Notes under the pieces: model-generated | Database searches by the model: none | The model's input: the letters and a program-made list of their open reading frames with translations, nothing else | Told to the model about the DNA's origin: nothing | Shown: in pieces, positions 13,580-25,827 of the stretch | How positions within the stretch are numbered: position 1 is the first letter of the stretch | Layout: the number at the start of each line of letters is the position of its first letter | From: Mobula hypostoma | Lineage: Eukaryota | DNA: 64,000 bases | Reading direction: 5' to 3' | Assembly: GCF_963921235.1 (NCBI RefSeq) | Contig: NC_086101.1 | Span: 8,248,001-8,312,000 of the forward strand | Program-made: the position numbers and the translations under genes

Positions 13580-14010
13580 GCCTGTATAAAACATTGGTGC
13601 GCCACATTTGGAGTATTGCGTGTAGTTCTGGTCAGCACACCAGAGGAAGGATGGGAAAACCTACCGAATATTGAAAGGCCTGGATAGAGTGGACATGCAG
13701 AGGATGTTTCCAATAGTGGGATGTCTAGGCCTCAGAATAGAAGAGGGTCCCTTTGCAAGATGAAGGAGGAGGAATTTCTTTAGCCTGAAAGTGGTGAATC
13801 TGTGGAATTCACTGCCGTGGAGGTCAAATCATCGGATATATTTGAAGTGGAGGCTGACACATTCTTGATTAATAAGGATGTCAAAGGTTATGGAGAGAAG
13901 GCAAGAGAATAGAGTTGAGAGGGAAAATAAGTGATTAATGATAAAATGGCGGAGCAGACTCGATGGGCTGCACAGCCTAATTTGCTCCTATATCTTATGG
14001 TGTTAGGGTC
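13580..14010 (+). mobile_element. CR1 LINE 3' fragment
   Basis: Similar to 5800-6170 including terminal stem-loop region. Confidence 0.75.
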
Positions 14011-14229
14011 ATATGGTGATGTCTGGTAGACAGAGTCAGACCCAGCCAATTGCCGCAGCATCTAACCGGAGCATCATGGATAAGATTTGCAACTGGAGTT
14101 GGGATCTGGAGTTCTTGTGTACTTCACATTCCCCTTAAACACTTCAGGTTCACTGGAAAATTTGTTTTACTATTGTATAGCTTGTCAAAAGGTGACATAA
14201 TTGTATGTTTAAATGTTATTCAAAAATAT

Positions 14230-15632
14230 ACCTCAAAGTTGCCATGCAAGTTGATAAGTTGGTTAAAAAGGCATATGGTGTGATGGCCTTCATTGGTCCA
14301 GAATTGAGTTCAGGAGCCGCTAGTTAATATTGCAGCTTTATAAAGCCCTGGTTAAGCCACACTTGAAATATAGTTTCAGTTCTGGTTACTTCATGTGGAA
14401 GCTTTAGAGAGGGTGCCCAGGAGACTTCCCGGGATGTTGCCTTGATTAGAGAACATGTCTTATGAGGAAAGATTGTGTGAGTTAAGGCTTTGTAGCAATG
14501 AGAGGAGACTTGACAGAAGTGTATAAAATGATAAGAAACATGGATAGCATGGTCAGCCAGAGACTTTCTCCCAGGATGGAAATGGCTCATACAACAGGGC
14601 ATAAATTTAAGCTGATTGGACTGGAATATAGAGATATGTCAGAGGTAATTTTTTCTCACACAGAGACTGGTGGATGTGTGGAACTGGGGTGGTGACAGAG
14701 GCAGATATATTAAGGACATTTAGGAAACTCTGAAACAGGCACATGGATCATGGGAAAATGGAGGGTTTTGTAGGAGTGAAGGATTAGATTCTACGGTAGG
14801 AAACTTTGTCACATGGTGTGAGCAGAATTCTCTGCAGCTTAATGTGGTAGGCCTGAGGAGAGCTAAGGTACCAGTGACCCCTGTTTCCATCCAGGGGGTC
14901 AGTGTGGACATGGTGGAGGATTACAAATAACTGGGGATACGAATTGACAATAAACTGGACTGGTCTAAGAACATTGAGGCTGTCTACAAGAAGGGTCAGA
15001 GCCGTCTCTATTTCCTGAGGAGACTGAGGTCCTTTAACATCTGCCGGACGATGCTGAGGATGTTCTACGAGTCTGTGGTGGCCAGTGCTATCATGTTTGC
15101 TGTTGTGTGCTGGGGCAGCAGGCTGAGGGTAGCAGACACCAACAGAATCAACAAACTCATTCGTAAGGCCAGTGATGTTGTAGGGCTGGAACTGGACTCT
15201 CTGACGGTGGTGTCTGAAAAGAGGATGCTGTCTAAGTTGCATGCCATCTTGGTCAATGACTCCCATCCACTACATGATGTACTGGGTGGGCACAGGAGTA
15301 CATTCAGCCAGAGACTCATTCCACCGAGATGCAACACAGAGTGTCATAGGAAGTCATTCCTGCCTGTGGCCATCAAACTTTACAACTCCTCCCTTGGAGG
15401 GTCAGACATCCTGAGCCGATAGGCTGGTCCTGGACTTATTTCATAATTTCCTGGCATAATTTACATATTACTATTTAACTATTTATGGTTCTATTACTAT
15501 TTATTATTTATGGTGCAAATGTAACGAAAACCAATTTCCCCCGGGATCGATAAAGTATGACTATGACTATGACTAAGATTGACCTTAGAGTAGGTTGAAA
15601 GGCCTACAAATGGAATGCACTGTTCTATGTTC
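14230..15632 (+). mobile_element. CR1 LINE 3' fragment split by a Rex1 insertion
   Basis: MRGDLTEVYKMIR motif; CR1 tail resumes at 15576 after the insert. Confidence 0.75.
14791..15575 (+). mobile_element. 5'-truncated Rex1/Babar LINE (relatively young family)
   Basis: SRLYFLRRLRSFNIC, FYESVVASAIMFAVVCWG; (GACTAT)n tail; AGATT repeated at both junctions; highly similar to reverse complement of 33009-33790. Confidence 0.9.
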
Positions 15633-17329
15633 TTAATATATCATTACTTAATAATAAAATAACATTGAATCATTGACAAGTGACTGTCTTGCCAGGAAGT
15701 GTGGCTTCCGGAAGGCAGCATACATTCCCGAGGATCCTCATCATCCAGTCATGCCCTCTTTGCAGGAGGTCCCACACTACCAGCTTCAGAAACAGCTACT
15801 TTCCTACAACCATCGGGTTCTTGAGTGAACCGGAACAGTCCCAAACCTACCTCAGCGAAATCTGCCACCACCCCTTAGACTTGTCTCTGATTGTGCCTTT
15901 GTTTTCACACTGACAACTTGCTTCTGCTCAGTTTTTCCGTTCAGTGTCTGCTATAATCTAATTTAAATCCTGTGTCTGTGTGCCTGACAGAACTGAAATC
16001 AGGGCAGGCTTATCATTACTGACACAGATGAGGTTCTGCAGACGCTGGAAATTCACAGGAACAGACACAAACTGCTGGGGGAACTCAGCAAGGCAGGCAG
16101 CATCGATGGAGAGGAATAAACAGCTGACCCTTCATCAGGACTATTGTCACTAATCTATGTTGTGAAATTTGTTATTTTGTGGCAGTAGTAGAGAGCAATG
16201 CATACAAGTTACCATAAGTTACGGTAACAAGAATAAAATGTAAATAAACAGCGCAGAAAGAAGGCAAAATGGTGAGGTGGTGCTCATGGCTTCACGGTGC
16301 ATTAGAAATCTGGTGGCGGAAGGGAAGAAGCTGTTCCTAAAATGATGAATGTGCTCCGTCAGGCTCCTGCACCCCATGTTGAAGGAATTAATGAGCAGTT
16401 TCCTCATTGCATGAGTACCTTATCAGATTTGTGCACGTGACAAAGAACTCAATGAGAAACCTACCAGACTGGAAAAGCAACATTTGGGGAGTGCCGGATT
16501 ATCAGAGTTCAAAGTACAGATATGTCAGCATAAACAACCTTGAGATTCATTTTCTAGCAGGCATATATAGTATATCAATGAGAATAAAAAATAGAATCAG
16601 TGAAGGGCCGTACCCAACATGATGCACAAATGTGCAAAAGACAACAACCTTTGCGTATGCTAAAGAAAAAAAAACTCCAGAAACATAAATAAGCAATAAA
16701 TATCGGTAACATGAGATGAAGAGTCCTTGAAAGTGAGTCAATATGTTGTGGGAACAGTTCAGTGATGGGGACAGTGAAGTTATCCCCTCTGATTCAAGGG
16801 CCTGATGGTTGAGGGGTAATAACTGTTCCCGAACCTGGTGGTGTGGGTCCTGAGGCTCCTGGACCTCTTTCCTGATGGCAGCAGTGAGAAGAGAGTGTGA
16901 TCTGAGTGGACCAGCCTCTATCCACTACCTTATGTAGGATTGTCCAGGTGAATCCCATACAATATTAGGGTTTTGCTGCAGGTAGCGGGATCTTACTCTG
17001 CAGAGTTAGCAGTCTTTTCCTGCCATGGGATGTCCAAAGACAAAGTTGGGTTTACTGTCAAATGCACAGCTGCTGTACATGCAAGTACAGATACAATGAA
17101 AACTTCACCTGCAGCAGTATCACAGGCACACATTTACAGGAAAAATATAAATATACTGTACATTATCTGATATTTTTACAAGAAGGAACACGACGAGACC
17201 AAAAAAACCACGAAGTCCGTTGCAGTACAAAGCGATCAACTGAGGTAGTTATTAGGGTTGTGCAGAAGAGCGGAAGGGAAGTAGCTGTTCTTGAATGAGG
17301 TGCTGTGGGACTCCAGGCTCCTCACCATA

Positions 17330-17650
17330 TGGCATCTGGGGAGGGTTGTGCTCAGAGACTCGGGGTCTATCAAGGGATAAAGCCTTCCCCCCTCCCACTG
17401 CCGTACCCACTGGGATGGTCAACATCCTGGAAGGTGGCAGGCAGAGAGCTGGAGTCACAGCAGAGGGGCACACCTGACACTGGCTCACTCACATCCCTCC
17501 TGGGTATTGCTGGGATCTTTCCCTGCACGGGACTCACGCCTCACCCTCCCAGAGCAATCTGAGCTTTCCCTGCAGAGCCCAGAAATAAATTTCCAGAATG
17601 GTCTTGGGAAATAAACCACGTACCCCCTGCTCCAAAATCACATACTTGCG
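17330..17650 (+). repeat. Dispersed ~300-bp LTR-like repeat, copy 2
   Basis: Homologous to 6935-7240; interrupts an old LINE tail; AATAAA at about 17584 and 17609. Confidence 0.55.
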
Positions 17651-19411
17651 CTCCTCATTATCAGAATCAGGGTTATTAAATCTGACACATCTTGTGAAAT
17701 TTTGTTGTTTTGCAGAAGCAGAACAGTGCAATACATAAAAAATTGCTACGTTACAAAAAGAAATATAATGCATAGGTACGTAGCTGCGAACAGTGAGGTC
17801 GTTCGCATGTTCCTTATCCATTCACAAATCTGATGGAGAGGAAGAAGTTGTTCCTGAAACCTTGAATGTGAGTGTGTGTCTTCAGGCTCCTACACTCCTC
17901 CCTGATGGTGAGCAGACGGAGGTACAGACGCCTGAAGGCACACACTCGGCGATCATTAAACGATGGTTGCCACTACTTGAGACATTGCCTTTTGAAGACG
18001 TACTCTAAGACGTGGAGGCTAGCGCCAGCGATGGAGCTGACTAGGATTGCGACCCTCTGCAGCTTTTCCCGATCCTGTGCACTAAACCAGACGGTGATGA
18101 AACCAGTCAGAACACTCTCTGCAGCTCGATCATTCCGTGCCCACGTCACTCTGCAGCACAGCTGTGGAAATTTGCTAGAGTCTTTGGTGACAAACTAAAT
18201 CTGTGTTATCCTCGTCGGAGGGGAGCACTTGTAAGAACAAAATAATGTCTTGTAACAACCATGTAATGGTTGTGATGGGCTGTTAAAAGCTTTTTAAAAC
18301 ACGATAACTCAAACATAAATAAGAATAACATAAATTGCTTGCTCAGAGTTTGCTCTCGGTAAATAATTTCAAGGGAATGATATTTGCCTGGGCAGCGAGC
18401 TGGTATTAATTCAGCAGCTCCCATCAAGAGCAGATTTGCAACAGGCACAGCTGCTGACTACAAAAGGGGGAGGGTGGGGGGGGAGTGACATCGAGGGTTA
18501 ACGACGTGGCTCAGGGTGGGAGGGGAGAAGATGGTCCTTCCTCAGTCCTTGGAATAGATGTCTGCTAAATGGAGCAGTGGTCAACGCTCAGGTTCACAGG
18601 GGCAAATAACTGGGAAACAGGCCCTTCAGCCCATTGAGTTCATGCCAACCACAAAGAACTAATCCTGCACTAAAGCAACACACACAAAGTGCTGGAGGAA
18701 CTCGGCAGGTCAGGCAGCATGTGTAGAGGCAAATAAACAGACACCATTTTGAACCAAGACCCTACATCAGGTCTGGAAAGAAGGGGGTGAAGCCAGATTC
18801 GGAATGTCAAGGGGAAAGTAGCATTTATCATCACGGCATTTACTTGTTACTATCACTTTCATTCTTTGCAGTCCTTTACAGAATTTATGCAAAACTAGAC
18901 ATAAACAAAGACTGACAAATAACCTACGTGCAAATAAAATAATACTGAGAACGAGTCCTTCAAGTTAAGTCTGCAGGTTGTGGAACCAGTTCCGTGTTGT
19001 GGTGAGTGAAGTTATACACACACTGGTTTAGGAGCCTGATGGTTGTAGGATGCTAACTGTTCCCGAGCCTGGGGATGGGGCACCTGAGGCTTTCGTACCT
19101 CCTGCCCGATAATAGCAGAAAGAAGAGATGGCGGGGGTCCTTGACGATGGATGCCGTGCTTTTGTGGCAGTGCCCCTTGTAGAGGTGCTGAATGGTGGGG
19201 CGGGGAAGGAGTACATGCTGGCAAGCGATAGGTGAGAGGGGAGATGGTTGTATGGGGAAAGGGGTGAAGTAAGAATCTTAGCTGGGGTCTTGGCCTGAAA
19301 TGTCAACTGTTTAAGCCCGTCCACGGATGCAGCCTGACTTGCTGATGTCCTCCAGATTTTTGCGTGTGTTGCTCAAGATTTCCAGCATCAGCAGAATTGT
19401 CTGTGTCTTTA

Positions 19412-20283
19412 GAAAAACACACATAAAAATTGCTGGTGAACGCAGCAGGCCAGGCAGCATCTATGGGAAGAGGTACAGTCAACGCTTCGGGCCGAGACCC
19501 TTCGTCAGGACTAATGGAAAGAAGAGCTAGTAAGAGATTTGAAAATGGCAGGGGAGGGGAGATCCAAAATGATAGGAGAAGACAGGAGGGGGAGGGATGG
19601 AGCCAAGAGCTGGACAGTTGATTGGCAAAAGGGATATGAGAGGATCATGGGACAGGAGGCCCAGGGAGAAAGAAAGGGGGAGGGTGGAATCCCAGAGGAT
19701 GGGCAAGGGATATAGTGAGAGGGACAGAGGGAGAAAAAGAGAGAGAAAAAATATATATATAATAATAAATAAATAAATAAATAAATAAATAATGGGTGGG
19801 GTACAAAGGGGAGGTGAGGCATTAGCGGAAGTTAGAGAAGTCAATGTCAATGCCATGAGGTTGGAGGCTACCCAGACAGAATATGTGTTGTTCCTCCAAC
19901 CCATGTGTGGCTTCATCTCCCTCTGTCCCTCTCACTATACTCCTTGCCCATCCTCTGGGATTCCCCTCTCCCCCTTTCTTTCTCCCTAGGCCTCCTGTCC
20001 CATGATCCTCTCACATCCCTTTTGCCAATCACCTGTCCAGCTCTTGGCTCCATCCCTCCCCCTCCTGTCTTCTCCTACCATTTCGGATCTCCCCCTCCCC
20101 TTCCCACTTTCAAATCTCTTACTATCTCTTCTTTCAGTTAGTCCTGACGAAGGGTCTCAGCCCGAAACGTCGACAGCACCTCTTCCTATAAATGCTGCCT
20201 GGCCTGCTGCGTTCACCAGCAATTCTTATGTGTGTTGCTTGAAATTGCAGCATCTGCAGATTTCCTCGTGGGTGTGTTTTTAG
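19412..20283. mobile_element. Penelope-like element end with inverted pseudo-LTRs
   Basis: 19412-19735 is the reverse complement of about 19918-20240; spacer contains (AAAT)n and a minus-strand GIY-YIG C-terminal remnant (LEEQH.F.LGSLQPHGIDIDFSNF). Confidence 0.85.
20139..20176 (+). ncRNA. Minimal type I hammerhead ribozyme motif (Penelope-type)
   Basis: GUC-CUGACGA(20144-20150)-A-GGG ucucag CCC-GAAA(20164-20167)-CGUC^GAC; stem I GUC/GAC, palindromic ACGU stem III. Confidence 0.75.
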
Positions 20284-20894
20284 ATACCTGCTCTTATCCT
20301 GCATTGCAACCGATACTTACCACTCATCTGCAGGCTGGGGGCAATTCACCTACCAATTTGTGAGCCATGAGATTCAGGGAAGCAGAGGAGACTGGAAATG
20401 GAGGAGTGCAGGAATCCTGAAGGGAAGCAGGAATGCCAAAGGGTTCTAGGCAGCTGAGAGTAGCAAGGCATTCCAGGACAACTTCTTATGGATGTGTGGT
20501 GGAGAGCTTTCTGACTGGCCGCATCACAGTCTGGTATGGAGGCTGCAGTACACAAGATCATTAGAGGTCACAGAGGGCTGTAGACTTGCCAGCTCCATCA
20601 CAGGCACAAACCCTCCCCAACATCGAGGGCATCTCCAAGAGGTGATGCCTCAAAAAGGAGGCATCCATCATTAAGGACCCCCATCATCCAAGACATGTTC
20701 TCGTTTTCATTACTACCATCGTGGAGGAGGTACAGGAGCCTGAAAACACACACTCCACATTTTAGTAAAAGCTCCTTCCCCTCCACCGTCAGATTTCTGA
20801 AAGGTCTATCAGCCTAAGAACTCTATCTCTGCATTCCTTTCAAACATTTTTTTAAAGTTTATAGTCATTTTAATCTCTTTATACTCTATTCCAT

Positions 20895-21465
20895 AAGGTT
20901 GTTAGAGCCGGAGGTGGTAATGGGGACAAGCTCCCACTACCTACAAAATGATCCCAATGGTGTGCGCCTCAAATAGCCTCTGACAACCAGGTCCTGCTCC
21001 TGGCCTTCACGTGTGGTTTAGCTACTAAGTCCAGAGGAACCGTTTCTACAGAACTGACAGGAGAAGGGCGGGTTACTGGTGAATTAAAACCAATCGCTTA
21101 GGGGAGATGGGACTCGTCAGCCGTGCTTGGCAGCTCATCTAGGAGAAGAAAAACTTTAATCTCAAACTTCCGCTGCCTTGCGGCTATACCCATTCATGTG
21201 GGAGGTTTCAGGAGTAAACCCTGAGAGAAAAATCCAGAGCTGGAGTTTCTGAGGCAATCCTACATTGAGTTCAATGCTGACTAGCAACTCCTGCGACGCC
21301 ACTGGTACAAACTTTATCGGTCTCTGTCATTCCTTTGCATTCGTCAGATGCATAGAGAGGGAGAGCTTGCTACATGGGCAACAGTTTGCTCTCCATATCA
21401 TACTGCCCAGGTTTGCATATCTAGACAGCTAGGATGAAATATCTATGGTCAACTTTGACTGACAT
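20895..21465 (+). mobile_element. Non-autonomous RTE-derived element (5'UTR joined to 3' tail)
   Basis: Homologous to 39310-39945 (minus) and 39945-40313 (plus); RTE-like 5'UTR motif catctaggagaag.aaaact; no coding capacity. Confidence 0.65.
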
Positions 21466-21697
21466 CACTCTATTTCAAATAAGTATCACATCATAAAATA
21501 TCATGATAATAGGAGATACAATACATTGTTCTGATGCTGAAAATCTTGAACAACACATACAAAATGCTGGAGGAACTCAGCAGGCCAGGCAGCATCAATG
21601 GAAATAAATAAACAGTTGACATTTTGGGCCAAAACCCTGGAAGTATTTACTGTTTTTCACTCTCCATCGATGCAGACTGTCTTAGGGTTAGAGGACG

Positions 21698-22017
21698 GTG
21701 TCTGTGAGTGGGTGAGAGGGAAGATTTTGGACTGTGTCCGTGAGTGGGTGAGAGGGAAGATTTTGGACTGTGTCTGTGAGTGGGTGAGAGGGAAGATTTT
21801 GGACTGTGTCTGTGAGTGGGTGAGAGGGAAGATTTTGGACTGTGTCTGTGAGTGGGTGAGAGGGAAGATTTTGGACTGTGTCTGTGAGTGGGCGAGAGGG
21901 AAGATTTTGGACTGTGTCCGTGAGTGGGCGAGAGGGAAGATTTTGGACTGTGTCTGTGAGTGGGTGAGAGGGAAGATTTTGGACTGTGTCTGTGAGTGGG
22001 TGAGAGGGAAGATTTTT
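21698..22017. repeat. 36-bp minisatellite, 9 near-perfect units
   Basis: Unit GTGTCTGTGAGTGGGTGAGAGGGAAGATTTTGGACT, no spacers; produces the VCEWVRGKILDC repeat ORF. Confidence 0.95.
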
Positions 22018-23261
22018 TTTATTGTTTTGTTTTGTTGCTTGTGTTCTGTGTTGCCCTGCCAAACGCTGTGGGTTTGCTATGCTGGTGCTGGAATATGTGG
22101 TGACACTTTCTGGCTACCACCAGCACACCTTTTGGTGTGTTGGTTGTTAACAGAAAGAAATTTCACTGTAGGTTTCGATATTCCCATGATAAATTCATTT
22201 GAGTCTTGAATCATTATTATTTCTTTCTTTTTGTGCTTGCACAGTTTGGTGTCTTTTGCACAGGTTGCACACCCAGTTGGTGCAGTCTTTATTGAGTATG
22301 CCTACAAGAAAATGAATCTCAGGGTTGAATATGGTATGTACAGTATGTACTTTGATAATAAATTTGCTTTGAATTTTGAAGTAGGGTGTGTTCCATCACA
22401 TTCCTGACTTGTGCCTTGTAGATGGGGAAAAGAGGTTTTAGGACGTCAGAAAGCAAGTCACTCACTCAAGTGACTTTGAAGAATTGTTTCTTTCCACATG
22501 CACGACTCAAGTGTTTGCAGTAAATCTTAAACACAGAATTTACATTTTCCTTCGCTTTGTTTGAAAAAAGTCACATGGACTTTAAATTACAGGCCCAGAA
22601 AGCCATCCTGGTTGTTTACAGGATCTAAAGATTAGTGGGGTGATGCAGGGGACTTGGTAAACAGGGGTAAACTTTATGTGAGATTGAACTGTCTTAAAGA
22701 ACACGATATTTAGTGTTTTTTCAAGGAGTTAAAAGCTGATAAGGAACCGACGAAAAAGAACAGGCCCGAATCAAATTTTAAAAATTGAAAATATGAGGAA
22801 ATCATGGCCTGTTTCTTCAGTAGAAGGAGAAAGTTCACTTTCCTCTTGTTACCGTATGACTGTAGATTCACTCACATAGAAATTTATAAAAACATGAGGA
22901 GTGCAGATAATGTGGATGTTGACAGTCATTTTGCCTAGCAAGGGGAGTCTAAAATTAAAGGGCAGAGGTTTAAGTTGAGGGAGGGAAAGATTTGGAGATA
23001 CCTGAGGGGCAAGTTTTTCTGTGCTGAGGGTAGTGAGTGCATGGAACGAGCTGCCAGAGGAGGTGGTAGTGTTGTGTAATGCGAAAGGGCATAATTTTAA
23101 GGTGCTTGGAGGAATAGAAAGGGGGAGGCGTCAGAGCTAGGTTTTTTCACACAGAGCCTAGAAAGCCCTGCTGGGGTGGTGGTAGAGGCAGGTACATTAG
23201 GGACATTTAAGAGACCCTTAGACAGGCACGTGGAGGGAAGGGTGGCAAAGTGCAAGGCGCT

Positions 23262-23540
23262 CCCTCCTCTGCTAGCCTGTAGGTGACCCTTGGGCAAGGT
23301 GTAGCACCTGCTTAGTGCCCCCCCCCGCCCCCGCCACCCCACCGGATCAGGGTCACGTGAAGCCATGGGAGCATCTGGTACAAATCACAAGCCAGCCAGA
23401 CAATCTCTGAAGAGTACTGACCCGTCTTGTAAAGACACTGCCCCGGAGAAGACACTTCTGTAGAGATTGGCCAAGAACAATCATGGTCATGGAAAGACCA
23501 TGGTCGCCCGCGTCATACCACACGGTAACGATGATGACGC
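23262..23540 (+). mobile_element. SINE-like element with RTE-type tail inserted in a CR1 tail
   Basis: Interrupts CR1 3' end (22880-23260 / 23541-23635); ends in (GAT)n after catggtcatggaaagaccatgg hairpin. Confidence 0.5.
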
Positions 23541-25827
23541 AGGAGAGAAGGGCTACATTGATCTTGGAGTGTGTTAAAAGGTCAGCACAACATCCTGGGC
23601 TGAATGGCCTGCACTCTGCTGTAATGTTCTATGTTTAACGTCCTGTGTTAAAAGAGTACACACCGATTCCTTTGCCAAGCCCTAAAAGCAAGCATCTGTT
23701 CGAATAGTGAGGGGACTAATGGCGCTGCAGAAAGGCACGTCTTTCCATGATAAATGCTGACACAGTAACATGGTGGTTAGCGTAACGCTCCACAGCGCCG
23801 GAAAGCAATTCCTGCCGCTGTCTTAAAGAGTTTATACGTTCTTCCTGTGATCGTGTGGGTTCTCCCCGGATGCTCCTGTTCCTTCCCCCAGTCCAAAGAA
23901 GTTCGGGTTATGGCTCATAAGTTGTGGGTATGATATGTTGGCGCTAGAAGCGTGGCGACACTTGTGGGCGGACTGTGCTGGCCATCGTCGGACTGTGTTG
24001 GCCATCGACGCATATGCTGCGCTTCACTATATGTTGTGATGTTTTGATGTATACGTGACAAATAAAATGAATGAATTACAATTTAAAAATAAAAAAGAAG
24101 TTCTGAATGAGATACTTCAAGCCTGGAGAAAAATCCTGCTCTGTTTTAATGGGGGGAGGTGCTGGAGAGTTGGCAAGGTTAAAAGAAAAGAGCACCAAGC
24201 TTACGGGCTTCCTCTAATGAACATCTGGCCTCCAGCTGTTTGTCAGAGAGGGCAACTTTAATGAGGTCTAGTAAGTCCTCTTCAAACCCTCCTGGGGTTT
24301 AGAGAGTGGACAGGCTCCATCAATCACCTGACTTAATGAGCACCGGTCGCTTGTTATTTCTGCAGCCCACCATCAGCAGACAGTGCTCTCTGTTCTTCAC
24401 ACTGGGTCCGTTCCCCTGAGCTACAGCCTTTCATCTTGCAGCCTGGCCCATCCACCCAACACCCGGCTCGCAAGAGAGTCGTGGACTCAGGCCTATACAT
24501 CACAGGTACTTCCATCCTCACCATCACAAATCGGAGGTTAAGGCCTAGTTCTCGGGGTCCCGTCATCAACGCCTGGTGTTCCAGGCCTGGACTTTGGGGT
24601 CTTCATCCATCATCATCTGCAAATCCTGGATCGATACCAAAGATCAAAGCCCTAAGGTCCGAATCAAAACCCGAAAGTTAATTGGGGGTCCAGACTGAAG
24701 CCCGAACTTTGATTGGAAGTTGAGGCCCGATGACAGGAGTCCCAGTCTGTGAGACTCCATGAGTCCACTGGGGAGTTTCAGGCCCACTGTCTGCAAATCC
24801 ATGATTCTGCTGGAGGCTGCAGGAAGAATATGGCCTGCCCTGGGGGTTAGAAGACCATGTATGTGCATGGGTGGTGAGTGGAAGGGAGAAAGGAAAGCTG
24901 TTGTCACACTCTGCCTTTCTATCTTCCATTTTGTTGTGTTCTGTGTTGTCCTACTAAGTGCAGTGGATAAGCCAGAATGTATGGTGATACTTGTGGGCTG
25001 CCCAGCACGTCCCTAATACTGATTGTTAATGCCATTGATTGCTAACACATTTCAGTGTATGTTCCGATGTACAAAACTAAATGTAAAATCTCGATCAGTA
25101 TTACCTGCAGGAGGCACTGCCTCAGGAAGGCAGCGTCCATCATCAAAGACCCCCACCACGCCAACTTCTCCCAGCTGCCATCGGGCAGGAGGGACAGAAG
25201 TCCCACACCACCAGGTACTTCCCTTCACCGTCGGACTTCTGAACAGACAGTGAACCCACGTACACCACCTCATTATTTTCCTCTTGCTTTGCACTATTTG
25301 TAAATATACTGTGCATGCATCCTCAAAGCAACAAGCTTCACAATGATAATAAACCTGATTCTGATTCTCTGGTAAAATATGCAAACATTTCTCATTACTC
25401 CTCCGTATACTGTACATGACTACAATAAACGAATTTACCAGTTTCCACACATCATTTCAAAGTGACTGACTCATTCTCCCACCGGGGAGAACATTTCCAC
25501 ATCTACTCTGTCGAGCTCCTTAGGCTCATTGATGTCTGAATAAGCTGCATACAATACAGACGTAAACTGCCCGGCCTCTCTTGACAGGATATCTCAGGAA
25601 CTGGTCCAGTGTACCTCATTTACACTGCCCTCATTAATACCACTTCTTTTTGTATGGAAACTGTTTAACCTCAGATAAAAGGCTACAGGTGACTTCATGT
25701 CCACAGCACAACTGACCAGAACTTGTGCTGAGAATCACCACAAGGTTCTCTGGTCAACTGGGGTCCTTATGGGCTGTGGTCAAGCAATTCACTGCTGCTA
25801 GCTGCGACATTTTCTGATATGATTCAT

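Noticed and set aside
20324..20326. In-frame TGA as selenocysteine
   Set aside because: No selenoprotein motif or SECIS evidence; exon itself is unverified.
21698..22017. CRISPR array or repeat protein (36-bp unit, 203-aa ORF)
   Set aside because: Units are contiguous with no spacers, no cas genes, eukaryotic context; the ORF is open only because the unit is stop-free and divisible by three.
23262..23375. Second HDV-like ribozyme (GCTCCC..GGGAGC pairing)
   Set aside because: Could not place P1, P3/L3 and P1.1 consistently.
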